This document shows, one piece after another, positions 19,084-28,755 of a stretch of 64,000 nt of DNA. A program made the translations under genes and the position numbers. The stretch lies in contig JBFXGO010000001.1 of NCBI GenBank assembly GCA_050239825.1, forward strand, positions 3,188-67,187, in the 5' to 3' direction. Source of the stretch: a bacterium (GTDB lineage Bacteria > Hydrothermota > 32-111). Every line of letters starts with the position of its first letter. Positions within the stretch are counted from its first letter, which is position 1. Under the pieces are notes generated by a model, which searched no databases, was not told where the DNA came from, and saw only the letters and a list, made by a program, of their open reading frames with translations.

Positions 19084-20005
19084 AAGGATCTGTGTACTCT
19101 ATGGAGGACCTTCCAAAGAGAGCGAAGTATCAAGACGCTCTGCTCTAAGGATAAACCATGCTCTACTAAAGAAGAATTATAACTGCAAGCTTCTTGAATA
19201 CAACGAAGACATAGTGAATTCACTGAAAGGAAATTTTTCCGCAATCTTCAATATAATGCACGGCAGACCCGGAGAGGATGGACTCGTGCAGGGAATATTT
19301 GAACATCTGAAGATACCCTATACCGGCTCCGGAGTAATTCCAAGCGCAATCACGATGAATAAGTACATAAATCAGCAGGTCGTAAAATCTTTCGGTGTTC
19401 CGGTTCTTAAATCCGTTTATGTTAGCAGGGAGATTATCGAAAAAGATCCTGATATAATTGAGAAGAGTTTTTCATCTCCTGTGATACTGAAACCGAATAC
19501 AGGAGGTTCCTCCGTGGGAACATTCATTTCATCCTCCAAGGATGCATTTTTGAAATTAAAAGAAAAGACAGCAGAATTCGGCGACTATATTGTCGAAGAG
19601 TATGTGGAGGGCGGGACAGAGGTGACTGTCGGTGTAATCAAAGACAATGGCGTAAAGATTTTGACTCCTCTGCAGTTGATTCCCAAGAATGCATTTTATG
19701 ATTATCATGCAAAATATACTTCGGGAATGACTGATTTTGTAATGCCCCCGAAATTAAGGAAAGATGTTATAGAAAGAATGATGAACATAAGCAGAGAGAT
19801 CTTCATAAATCTGAGAATGGACACATTTGCAAGAATTGATTTTATTGTCACAAAGAACGATGAACTCTACGAGCTTGAAGTGAATTCGATACCCGGAATG
19901 ACCGACCTTTCCGATCTTCCGCAGGAGGCCGAGTTTGACGGAATTGAATACGGCGACCTTGTGGAAAAACTTTTAAAGACTGCGGGAGTGAACAAAGATG
20001 CTTGA
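19076..20005 (+). CDS. ddl: D-alanine--D-alanine ligase.
   Basis: N-terminal CVLYGGPSKESEVS, ATP-grasp motifs ILKPNTGGSSVG and EEYVEGGTEVTVGV, and FYDYHAKYTSG. Confidence 0.9.
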   Translation: MDERICVLYGGPSKESEVSRRSALRINHALLKKNYNCKLLEYNEDIVNSLKGNFSAIFNIMHGRPGEDGLVQGIFEHLKIPYTGSGVIPSAITMNKYINQQVVKSFGVPVLKSVYVSREIIEKDPDIIEKSFSSPVILKPNTGGSSVGTFISSSKDAFLKLKEKTAEFGDYIVEEYVEGGTEVTVGVIKDNGVKILTPLQLIPKNAFYDYHAKYTSGMTDFVMPPKLRKDVIERMMNISREIFINLRMDTFARIDFIVTKNDELYELEVNSIPGMTDLSDLPQEAEFDGIEYGDLVEKLLKTAGVNKDA

Positions 20006-21308
20006 CGGATTGACATCAAAAATAAATAAGATTTTTCAGAATCTGAAAAACAAGGGAAGGGTGACGGACGAGGATATAAAGCTAACCATGCGCGAGATAC
20101 GCCTGGTGCTTCTGGAATCGGATGTGAATTACCTTATAGTCAAGGATTTCATCAAGAGCGTTGAAGACGAAGTGAGGGGACAGGATGTTTTAAAATCTTT
20201 AAAGCCCGAGCACATAATCATCAAGGCAGTCAATGATAAGATGGTAGAGATGCTATCCCATGGTGACATGAGAATTCATTTTAAAGGAAATCCCTCGGTT
20301 GTGATGCTTGTCGGTTTGCAGGGAACGGGAAAAACCACAACTGCCGGAAAGCTCGGCGCTCTCTTCAACAAACAGAACAGGCGCACAATGCTTGTGCCTT
20401 GCGATGTGAAGAGGCCTGCGGCATATGAACAGCTCAAGCAGGTTGCTGAAAAGACAAAGTGCCTTTTCTTTGACAGAATGTCTGGCGACCCGCAAAAAAC
20501 CGTTGCGGATGCCTTAAAAGATGCGCAGGAAAAGAATATTGACACTCTGATTCTTGATACTGCAGGGAGGCTCCACATAGATGATGAACTGATGAATGAA
20601 CTTGTAAATTTAGAGAAAAAAATCAAACCATCCGAAATTCTTTATATCGGTGATTCCATGACCGGACAGGATGCTGTTAAGAGCGCCGCCGGTTTTAAGG
20701 AGAAACTGAATTTGACGGGGATTATTCTGACGAAAATGGATGGAGACCAAAAAGGAGGAGCGGCACTCTCAATAGTCAAGGTGGCAGACTGCCCTATAAA
20801 ATATATTTGCACAGGCGAACATGCTGACAAGATTGAGGAGTTTCATCCGGAGCGTCTTGTTTCAAGGATCCTTGGGATGGGGGATATTCTCTCTCTTGTG
20901 GAAAGAGCTGAGGACCTTGTCTCTAAGGAAGAAGCTGAGAATATGGAGAAGAAACTTCTTGAAGGAAGATTTGATTTTGAAGATTACCTTGGACAGATAA
21001 AACAGATAAAGAAGATGGGACCATTAAAAGAGATTCTTAAAATGATACCGGGAGTCGGAGCGAAAATAAAGACCACTGGCGAGGAGGAGGAGAATCTGAA
21101 AAAAGTAGAGGCGATAATTTCGTCTATGACAAAAAAAGAAAGAAAGAATCCGCTTCTTCTCAATAACAAAAGCAGGATTAAGAGAATCGCCTCAGGAAGC
21201 GGCACAAGCGTGGCAATGGTCAAATATGTCATAAATCAGCATAAGAATATGAAAAAGATGATGAGTATGTTCAAAACCAAGGGATTCAACCCCAATAATT
21301 TCCGATAA
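19998..21308 (+). CDS. ffh: Signal recognition particle protein Ffh.
   Basis: GTPase motifs GLQGTGKTTTAGKL, DTAGR and TKMDGD. Met-rich M-domain at the C-terminus. Confidence 0.95.
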   Translation: MLDGLTSKINKIFQNLKNKGRVTDEDIKLTMREIRLVLLESDVNYLIVKDFIKSVEDEVRGQDVLKSLKPEHIIIKAVNDKMVEMLSHGDMRIHFKGNPSVVMLVGLQGTGKTTTAGKLGALFNKQNRRTMLVPCDVKRPAAYEQLKQVAEKTKCLFFDRMSGDPQKTVADALKDAQEKNIDTLILDTAGRLHIDDELMNELVNLEKKIKPSEILYIGDSMTGQDAVKSAAGFKEKLNLTGIILTKMDGDQKGGAALSIVKVADCPIKYICTGEHADKIEEFHPERLVSRILGMGDILSLVERAEDLVSKEEAENMEKKLLEGRFDFEDYLGQIKQIKKMGPLKEILKMIPGVGAKIKTTGEEEENLKKVEAIISSMTKKERKNPLLLNNKSRIKRIASGSGTSVAMVKYVINQHKNMKKMMSMFKTKGFNPNNFR

Positions 21309-21407
21309 CCTTTATTTCAGCCATCCTGAACGAAAATTCTTAGGGACGGTGGTTTCAAAAAGCTGGGTTTTTCAAACATCAAAAACATGAGTAATCAAGA
21401 AATATTA

Positions 21408-22403
21408 GGGGCTGCACGCGGGCGTAGCGTCGGCTCACACACTCCGCTTCGCCGCTTTATCAAGATGGGATAGCGTAGCAAGGGGTTGCCCACTTGATGG
21501 GCGTCTTCGCGGAGCGTCCTCGCCGACTTTGAGCTTACGTGTTTCAATATTTGTTATGGGGACACACCGAAGGAATGTCCCCACATTGGCGAGGGTGTAA
21601 TGGACGCGAGCGTCCATGATAGAAAAGAACGGGTTGTACCAGAAGTTTTAGAAGATTACTGTAAAGACAAAATCTTACTCAACCGTGTCACCCTGAACTT
21701 TGCTTTAGTTATGACTATCGTGAAGGGTCTATCAGTTTATTGTTAATTGATTATTGAAGATTGTTCGGGGGCTGTTGTCGGGCGTAGCGTCAGCTCGCAC
21801 ACTCCGCTTCGCCGCTTAATCAAGATGGGTTAGCGGAGCAAGGGGTTGCCCACTTGATGGGCGTCTGCGCGGAGCGTCCTCGCCGACTTGTAGCTTTCAC
21901 TTTCAATAAGTTATTTAATTGATTGAATCTTCACAAAGCATTGGCTGGGGTGAAATGTGCGCGAGCGCACATAATAGACGTCTCGGGTTGCACCAGAACT
22001 TTGCGAAGATTATTGAAAAGAATAAATATTAATCAGCTCTCCGTATTAAGTTCATGGCACACGGCACAAGGCTCACGGCTGATTTGGTGGCTGCTGACGG
22101 GCGTAGCGTCGGCTCACACACTTCGCTTCGCCGCTTTATCAAGATGGGATGTTGTGGGGACACACCGAAGGAATGTCCCCAAACCACTTGATGGGCGTCT
22201 GCGCGGAGCGTCCTCGCCGACTTTGAGCTACGAGCATCAATAAGTTAATTAATTGCCTGTTGCAGTGGGGACACACCGAAGGAATGTCCCCACATTGGCG
22301 AGGGTGTAATGGACGCGAGCGTCCATGATAGGAAGAACGGGTTGCACCAGAAGTTTGTGAAGATTACTGTAAAGAATAAATATTAATCAGCTATCCGTAT
22401 TGT
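21408..22403. repeat. Cluster B of the same structured repeat family as cluster A: three core units and three or four accessory modules. Non-coding.
   Basis: Cores at about 21419, 21779 and 22098. Hairpins GGGGACACACCGAAGGAATGTCCCC at about 21551, 22157 and 22271. Module ggtgtaatggacgcgagcgtccatgatag at about 21590 and 22297, with a covarying variant ggtgaaatgtgcgcgagcgcacataatag at about 21944-22010. Confidence 0.85.
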
Positions 22404-22465
22404 ATTTAAACTCGTAACTGAATTATATGTCAGTTCATTATTTATGACAGTTTTGGAATCATAGA

Positions 22466-22498
22466 CAAAAAAAAGCCCCCTTGAAAGGGGGCTTTTTT
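22466..22498 (-). terminator. Rho-independent terminator downstream of the minus-strand ompA-like gene; it reads on both strands.
   Basis: aaaaaaaaGCCCCCTTgaaaAGGGGGCtttttt: perfect GC-rich 8-bp stem, GAAA loop, flanking A/T runs, immediately after the stop at 22507. Confidence 0.8.
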
Positions 22499-22506
22499 CA
22501 AAGCAA

Positions 22507-24390
22507 TTATTCGCCGAGAATCAAAAATTCTATTCTTCTGTTTAATGCTCTTCCGTCCTTTGTGCCATTGTCGGCAACAGGCATCATTTCGCCGAAGCCC
22601 TTTGCTACAACTCTCATAGGGTCTATTCCATGGGACACGAGATAATTCCTCACAGATTCGGCTCTTGCCTGAGAGAGAGAAAGGTTTGATGAATCGGAGC
22701 CGACAGAATCAGTGTGCCCCTGAATTTCTATTCTAACCTTCGGGTTGTCATTTAAAAGTTTTACAGCCTCATCAAGCGCATAGAATGATTCCGGAAGTAT
22801 TGTAGCTTTTCCGCTCTCAAAGTAAATTCCCCTGAGAGTTATCTTTCCGCCCTTCTTAAGCATTTCAATATTAAGAATGAGAGTCTTGTCAGCTTCCACG
22901 ACAACAGGCATTGCATAAGATATGTAACCTTCTGCAACTGCGGCGATTGTGTATGTGCCCGGGTCGAGAGTTATTCTGTAAACACCTGTGGCGGCATCAG
23001 GCAAAATCTCCGGAATTCCTGTCTGAGGGAATGAAATCTTGGCAAGAAGAGTCTCTCCCGAAGCTTTGTCCGAGACCTTTCCCGTGATTATTCCCTTTTC
23101 CACCTTCTTGGGGTTCAGAGCAAAATCAACAATCTTCGTCTGTGCCTTTTCTATAATGACACCCTTCTCCTGCCACTTGAATCCCTCTCTCTCTGCGCGT
23201 ATTCTTATTGTTCCGGGATTGACTGTAATCGAGTAGATTCCCAATGAATCGGAGACTATGCTCACTGAATCGCTGTATCCCGGGAATGTTATTATTGCCG
23301 ACATGGGCACTCCGGTCTCTCCGTTTATTACTTTGCCGGTGATGATGGTCTTCGGCTCCTCTTTCTTTACAATGATTTCCTCTTTTTTGAAATCATAATA
23401 ATATGTGAGGCCGAAATATGCTTTCCAATCGGGTGCTCCGCCCCATCCGTCGCTTAGGAGGAATGTGTCATTAACTGAATTATGTATCGGTTCAAGGTCG
23501 GGCAAAAATTTAGGTATTCTATAGTCAGCGCCGAAGTCAATCACAAGTCCTATCGGAGTATCGAATCTCACTCCGCCGGACATATAATACACATATCTGG
23601 CATCAAACATTCTTGAAGCATTGTATTTGAATCCGTAAACTTCAATAAATGGAATGAAAGAGCCGAATTTAATAGACAATCCTCCTGCGAAATCTATCAG
23701 AGTGGGATTATTGCCTGCCGGCATATTGACTAATTTTGTATAGCCTCCGTTGAGGTTTATTCCGAGCGGGACCTGAGAAGATGTGACAAATGAAATCAAT
23801 CCGCGCACTCCCCAGTCCGCTCCGTTTGTTGTGAACTTCCTGAATATTCCTCCGTCGTTCTTGATGTAATCTATTGAAAATGATGAGGCATTGGACTGCC
23901 CGGGAGTGTAAAGGTCGCCTGTTGTGAAGCGATAGAATCCAAGTACTCCTATGTCCGCATTCTTCGTTGCTCCGAAGAGTCCGCCTGTAGTCAGCTTAAG
24001 ATTGACCTCAGTGTCGCCGAAGCCGTAACTGGCGTAGTTGGTATTTTCATCCGCTCTTCCTGGCGCCTCCGGAGTGTCAATAGCATCGATGAAACCTTCG
24101 GAGACCACGCTCACTTCAAGCCAGTTTGTAAAAGAGTATCCTATACCGAACTGGATGCCGCCTCCCGCATATGTGTCCCATGAATGGTATGTGGAATCAT
24201 CAATTACCGAGACATAATCCACCATGAAATCACGGGTAAAGCCGTTTATATGAAAACCGAGCTGAAGCCTCTGTTCCTGTATAATCGCGCCGACAGAGTG
24301 CAAAAGACCTGAGGAAGTGTAGAGTGAGGGCGCCGCTGACAAATTCAAAATAAATAGCAATGCCAACACAATAAGAGTCAGTTTCTTCAT
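22507..24390 (-). CDS. OmpA-family outer-membrane protein with carboxypeptidase-regulatory-like domains.
   Basis: Signal peptide. C-terminal OmpA domain (NPKVRIEIQGHTDSVGS...NRRIEF). Two CarbopepD_reg-like segments (GKVINGETGVPMSA..., GKVSDKASGETLLA...). Confidence 0.8.
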   Translation of the reverse strand: MKKLTLIVLALLFILNLSAAPSLYTSSGLLHSVGAIIQEQRLQLGFHINGFTRDFMVDYVSVIDDSTYHSWDTYAGGGIQFGIGYSFTNWLEVSVVSEGFIDAIDTPEAPGRADENTNYASYGFGDTEVNLKLTTGGLFGATKNADIGVLGFYRFTTGDLYTPGQSNASSFSIDYIKNDGGIFRKFTTNGADWGVRGLISFVTSSQVPLGINLNGGYTKLVNMPAGNNPTLIDFAGGLSIKFGSFIPFIEVYGFKYNASRMFDARYVYYMSGGVRFDTPIGLVIDFGADYRIPKFLPDLEPIHNSVNDTFLLSDGWGGAPDWKAYFGLTYYYDFKKEEIIVKKEEPKTIITGKVINGETGVPMSAIITFPGYSDSVSIVSDSLGIYSITVNPGTIRIRAEREGFKWQEKGVIIEKAQTKIVDFALNPKKVEKGIITGKVSDKASGETLLAKISFPQTGIPEILPDAATGVYRITLDPGTYTIAAVAEGYISYAMPVVVEADKTLILNIEMLKKGGKITLRGIYFESGKATILPESFYALDEAVKLLNDNPKVRIEIQGHTDSVGSDSSNLSLSQARAESVRNYLVSHGIDPMRVVAKGFGEMMPVADNGTKDGRALNRRIEFLILGE

Positions 24391-24464
24391 AGAACCTCCT
24401 GCTGAATTATTAAAATATATCTTACAACATAATATACTTATGTCAATAACAAAATTCAGTTATA

Positions 24465-24493
24465 TTGACTTTATTTGCATTTGAGGTTATAAT
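24465..24493 (+). promoter_or_regulatory. Near-consensus sigma70-type promoter TTGACT-N17-TATAAT.
   Basis: -35 TTGACT at 24465-24470 and -10 TATAAT at 24488-24493, about 100 nt upstream of the ATG at 24594. Confidence 0.5.
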
Positions 24494-24593
24494 TCAAGCG
24501 CTTAAAGATAATTTTGTATTCCGAAATAACAAAACATTTTTATTTTTAGGATTGAAAATTTTTCGGAAATGTAGTTTTTTACAAGGAGAATTG

Positions 24594-25676
24594 ATGGTTT
24601 TGACTCAGATGAAAGAATTCAAAATAGGCGACCTCACAATAAAATTGCCGATAATTCAAGGCGGTATGGGAGTGGGAATCTCAATGTCAGGACTTGCTTC
24701 TGCGGTCGCCAATGAGGGCGGTGTTGGAGTAATCGCAACCGCAGGCATAGGCATGTTGGAGCCTGATTTTAATGAAAATTTTCTTGAAGCAAATAAGAGG
24801 GCACTTAAAAAAGAGATAGAGAAGGCGAGAGAGTTTTCAAAGGGAATAATTGGAGTCAATATAATGGTGGCTCTTTCAAATTATGCCGATTTGGTCAAGA
24901 CTTCAATACAGGAAAAGGTTGACATTATTTTTTCAGGAGCAGGACTGCCTCTGAATCTTCCGGAATTTTTAAAACAGAGCGGAAGCAGAAAAACAAAGCT
25001 TGTGCCTATTGTCTCTTCCGGGAGAGCCGCAGATTATATTTCCAAAAGATGGATTGACGAGTACAACTATCCTCCTGATGCCTTTGTTGTTGAAGGTCCT
25101 CTTGCAGGTGGGCATCTCGGATTTAAGAGAGAAAATATAGACAATCCTGCATTCGCTCTTGAAAATATTATGGTGGATGTGATAAGAGGGGCAAAACAGC
25201 TTGAAGAGAGATTCGGAAGGTCTTTCCCGGTTATTGTCGGAGGCGGAATATACACAGGAATGGACATAAAGAAATTTCTTCAGCTCGGTGCATCGGCAGT
25301 TCAGATGGCTACAAGATTCGTCACTACCAAAGAGTGCGACGCAGATGATAAATTCAAGCAGACATACATAGAGGCAAAGAAAGAAGACATCGTAATAATA
25401 AAGAGTCCCGTCGGTCTTCCTGGAAGGGCAATAAACAATAAGTTTATTGAAGACACAAACAACGGAGAGAGAAAACCATTCACCTGCCCTTACCACTGCA
25501 TAATAACATGCGACTACAAACAGTCGCCCTACTGCATCGCATTGGCTCTTTTGAATGCATTCAAGGGTAATTTTAAAAACGGTTTTGCATTCGCAGGCGC
25601 AAATGTCGGAAGAGCAAAGGAGATTGTTTCGGTGAAAGAACTTATAGAGACAATAAAAAAGGAATTTGAGTCGTAA
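24594..25676 (+). CDS. NAD(P)H-dependent flavin oxidoreductase, nitronate monooxygenase / FabK family.
   Basis: AAGGAG RBS 6 nt upstream of ATG 24594; this start is preferred over the longer ORF start at 24465. N-terminal PIIQGGMGVGIS...VANEGGVGVIA and TIM-barrel FMN motifs. Confidence 0.8.
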   Translation: MVLTQMKEFKIGDLTIKLPIIQGGMGVGISMSGLASAVANEGGVGVIATAGIGMLEPDFNENFLEANKRALKKEIEKAREFSKGIIGVNIMVALSNYADLVKTSIQEKVDIIFSGAGLPLNLPEFLKQSGSRKTKLVPIVSSGRAADYISKRWIDEYNYPPDAFVVEGPLAGGHLGFKRENIDNPAFALENIMVDVIRGAKQLEERFGRSFPVIVGGGIYTGMDIKKFLQLGASAVQMATRFVTTKECDADDKFKQTYIEAKKEDIVIIKSPVGLPGRAINNKFIEDTNNGERKPFTCPYHCIITCDYKQSPYCIALALLNAFKGNFKNGFAFAGANVGRAKEIVSVKELIETIKKEFES

Positions 25677-25704
25677 AATATTGATTTGGAAATAAGATTA
25701 ATAG

Positions 25705-25888
25705 GGCGGGTTCTTCCAATCCGAAGATATCCTTTTCATTAATATTTATGTCCGTTACCTAAATGGAAAAACGGTTACCCTAAAATCATTGCTCAATTAT
25801 ATTACCTCTGCCAATCCTTCGTTAATCTCTTTGGAGAACTCTCTTGTGAATGCTAATCCCTCTTTACACAACTTCCTTGACAAGTCTC
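25705..25888 (-). repeat. 190-bp repeat, copy 1. It is contiguous with the transposase-like fragment and is an inverted copy of 62422-62613.
   Basis: Reverse complement aligns to 62422-62613 at about 94% identity (12 mismatches by eye), including the shared taggGtaaccgtttttccatttaggtaacgg segment. Confidence 0.8.
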
Positions 25889-25896
25889 GAAAGTTT

Positions 25897-26136
25897 TCAT
25901 AGAGGTGTTCCAAGTCCCCGCTCAATATACCCATTAGCATAATCATCATTACTTGACAGATATATCTCTCGCTCACTCTTCATTATTCGGTTCAATGTCT
26001 CCTCCAATAACAACTGCAAAGAACTGTTGCTTAATTCATTAATGTCAGCTATAATATCTTTTGGTAGGGACTCTTTAGGGTTCATTGGGTTCCTCCATGT
26101 AAAAGTTTTTGTTCGCTTTTTGGAGAGAGTCTGCAT
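25897..26136 (-). pseudogene. Transposase-like N-terminal fragment, possibly IS256/mutator family; truncated and frameshifted.
   Basis: ...LEETLNRIMKSEREIYLSSNDDYANGYIERGLGTPL resembles the IS256 N-terminal region (E..HLG...RNGY..R.L.T). A +1 shift continues into ...DLSRKLCKEGLAF...EVI*. No DDE core follows. Confidence 0.35.
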
Positions 26137-26232
26137 ACTCTCTCCAAACCTTTTTTAGTCTCCTTCTCATTAATCTTATTATATTCCACTCCTAATATTT
26201 TTACACAACTTTTATTATACTCCCTATACGGC

Positions 26233-26503
26233 AAATGACTTTACAAAGATACTTGAAGATAAGAAGATAAAGATAAGCATGGACGGCAAGGGTCGTGCTG
26301 TGGATAATATCTTCATAGAGCGGTTGTGGAGAACAGTTAAATATGAGCATGCTTACATCTGGAGGTTTGATACGATTAAAGAGCTAAGAGAAGGACTAAA
26401 AGATTACTTTGATTACTATAACAATAAAAGAGAGCATCAATCATTAGGATACAAAACTCCATCTGAAGTTTATGGAGGTATTATAAATGTTCAAACAGCT
26501 TAA
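26233..26503 (+). pseudogene. IS3-family transposase (OrfB) C-terminal remnant.
   Basis: ...FTKILEDKKIKISMDGKGRAVDNIFIERLWRTVKYEHAY...YYNNKREHQSLGYKTPSEVY is the characteristic tail of the IS3 integrase-core domain. The DDE core and OrfA are missing. Confidence 0.75.
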
Positions 26504-26533
26504 TAATAAACACAATTTATCAAAATCTTGTGT

Positions 26534-26562
26534 CTTGACAGGAGAGACATTATCCAATAAAA
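26534..26562 (+). promoter_or_regulatory. Sigma70-type promoter TTGACA-N17-TAAAAT for the restriction-modification operon.
   Basis: Consensus -35 at 26534-26539 and -10 at 26557-26562, 25 nt upstream of the proposed ATG at 26588. Confidence 0.5.
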
Positions 26563-26587
26563 TATATATGTATATTTTAATTAAAAC

Positions 26588-28079
26588 TATGTCAAACAAT
26601 AATTCTAAATCAACAATAGGAAAAAACCTTAAAAAGATAAGGCCAAAAGAAGATGTTTCTCAGGATCGTTTATCCATGCTGACTGATTTGTCGCTGAATA
26701 CTATTGCTACAGTAGAATCTGGCTTGAATCCAAACCCAACTATTGAAACACCGACAAAAATTACCCAAGCATTAGATGTAAAAGTGGACGACCTAATTAA
26801 AAAAAATATGAGCCAAACTATTACTTCATTATTGAATAAAACAAAAATTGATCCCTCGTGGTCTTTTTCCGATAAAACAAGAAAAGATACGGCGTATATT
26901 ACGCATGGATATCATCGTTACCCCGCAAAATTTATTCCGCAAATAGTTTCTCGTTTGGCGGAAAAATATACGCGAATAGGTGATTTTATTGTTGATCCGT
27001 TCGGTGGTTGCGGAACAACCCTTGTTGAAGCAAAAGTTATGGGACGACCATCAATTGTCGTTGATATTAACCCCGTTGCTGTTTTGATTACGAAAGCAAA
27101 AATCACAGCAATTGATCCTGCTAAAATTGAAAAGGAATTTACAACTTTTCAAAAGAGATTGGAAACTTACAGCGAAAAAACAAAAGTAAAAGCCCCTAAA
27201 CACGAAAGAATTGACTATTGGTTTAAGCCAGAAGAAAAAAGAAAACTTGCTTTTATTCTTGCCGAGATTTCAAAAATAAAAGATCAAGATGTCCAAGATT
27301 TCTTTTTCTGCGGGTTTTCAAACATTCTCAAAAATTGCTCAATCTGGCTACAAAAAAGCAATAAACCAACGAGAGATTTTGATAAAAAGCCTTCAGAGCC
27401 GATTAAAGCATTTTTGAAACAAATAAAAATGATGTTGCGTGGTAATGCACGATTATTTGAATTGTTATCAGAAAAAGGTTATTTAAAAATTCCGAGCAAG
27501 GTGATTTGCACGGATGCAAGAACAATTCCGGCAAAAGATAATAGCGTTAGTTTGATTGTTACTTCGCCTCCTTATGTAACCTCTTACGAATACGCCGATT
27601 TACACCAGCTCACTGCTTTATGGTTAGAATATACCATAGATTTGAGCGACTTCCGAAAACGATTTATTGGCACTTCATATCACAACAAAAAAGATTTAAC
27701 TCTTAATAGCGTGATTGCAGAAAATATCAGAAAAAAATTGTTAGAAAAAGACAAAAAAACTGCCGAGGAAGTTTCAACATACTTTAGCGAAATGAATCAG
27801 GTATTTGTTGAAATGAAAAGAATATTAAAGAAAGGCGGGAAAACCTGTATTGTTATTGGCAATACGAGCTTAAAGGGCGTTGAAATACTTAATGCGGAGG
27901 TTTTTGTTGAGCAATTACAAAACTTGGGATTAAAAATCGCTGATATTATCAAAAGAGAAATTCCGTCAAAAAATTTGCCGTCCGTTCGAGACGAAAAGAC
28001 GGGTAAATTTGCGAGCATAAATGATAAAAATAGAGTTTCTGTTTATCCAACAGAATACATTTTGATAATGGAAAAATAA
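26588..28079 (+). CDS. DNA amino-methyltransferase (N6-adenine or N4-cytosine) with a fused N-terminal XRE-family HTH domain.
   Basis: HTH IGKNLKKIRPKEDVSQDRLSMLTDLSLNTIATVESG. AdoMet motif I HRYPAKFIPQIVSRL...GDFIVDPFGGCGTT. Catalytic motif IV IVTSPPY about 185 aa downstream. The ORF-track start at 26487 is rejected (it lies upstream of the promoter). Confidence 0.8.
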
Positions 28080-28083
28080 AACT

Positions 28084-28752
28084 ATGACTATAGACGACCT
28101 TATCAAAATTTACGAAACAAAAAAGAAAAAATATGGCATAGAAGCATATCGTCATATTTCAAATGTTTTGAAAGAAGCAAAGGAATTGCACAAAAAAGAT
28201 TTTACAGGTGATGATCATGAGCAATCATGGCGCGCTTTCAAGGGTAAAAATTTAGAAAAAATGATTGAATATATTATAACAGACGAGGTTAATGCTCTTG
28301 GGTTACAAGTAATAAATGGCAATAGCCTTGAAAGGACGAATGGATCAAACCTTTCAAAAGAGTTGAGTTTAGTTAAAAGAAATTTGATTGTTGATTATGG
28401 CGAGTTCGGCTCGCATTTGCCCGATGTAGATTTGATTATTTACGACCCAAACACAAGCAAAGTTGTCGCTGTTTTATCAAGCAAAGTAACTTTACGGGAA
28501 AGAATAGCCCAAACTGGTTATTGGAAAATAAAACTTGCCTCCGACGAAGCGACAAAACATATCAAAGTTTATTTCGTAACGCCTGATGAGGACGGAACGC
28601 TAACGATTAAAACACCTGCGAAGAAAGGACGAGCTATTGTTGAAGTAGACACAGACGGCAGTTATGTTTTGAGTGAGACGGACATTGAGGAAAGTAATAA
28701 AGTAAAAATGTTTGACAAGTTTATCGATGACTTGAAAAAGCTATTGAAGTAA
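28084..28752 (+). CDS. Putative type II restriction endonuclease (222 aa).
   Basis: Sandwiched between two MTase genes with 4-nt and 3-nt spacers. Acidic/lysine cluster ...YGEFGSHLPDVDLIIYDPNTSKVVAVLSSK... is compatible with a PD-(D/E)xK-like site. No other homology recognised. Confidence 0.45.
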   Translation: MTIDDLIKIYETKKKKYGIEAYRHISNVLKEAKELHKKDFTGDDHEQSWRAFKGKNLEKMIEYIITDEVNALGLQVINGNSLERTNGSNLSKELSLVKRNLIVDYGEFGSHLPDVDLIIYDPNTSKVVAVLSSKVTLRERIAQTGYWKIKLASDEATKHIKVYFVTPDEDGTLTIKTPAKKGRAIVEVDTDGSYVLSETDIEESNKVKMFDKFIDDLKKLLK

Positions 28753-28755
28753 TTT

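Noticed and set aside
21435-22243. ORFs 21435..21617 (-) and 21923..22243 (+) in cluster B
   Set aside because: Same repeat-derived artefacts as above.
4266-22403. CRISPR array interpretation of the repeated hairpins
   Set aside because: Repeat spacing is irregular. The 'spacers' are themselves conserved modules. There are no cas genes, and repeat units are longer and more heterogeneous than CRISPR repeats.
24465-24593. Longer N-terminal extension of the nitronate monooxygenase ORF (start 24465)
   Set aside because: The extension begins inside the predicted promoter (-35 at 24465). ATG 24594 has a canonical AAGGAG RBS, and the family N-terminus begins MVLTQMKEF...
24969-25496. 175-aa minus-strand ORF antisense to the nitronate monooxygenase gene
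   Set aside because: It overlaps a conserved enzyme gene on the other strand and has no motif or RBS.
25897-26136. Confident IS256 assignment for the minus-strand transposase-like fragment
   Set aside because: Only the N-terminal E..YL...NGY..R.L.T pattern matches. No DDE region is present. It is kept as a low-confidence pseudogene call.
26487-26587. Longer start for the HTH-MTase (26487)
   Set aside because: It would place the promoter TTGACA-N17-TAAAAT inside the coding region. XRE-type HTH proteins typically begin just before the IGxxLKxxR helix, as with ATG 26588.
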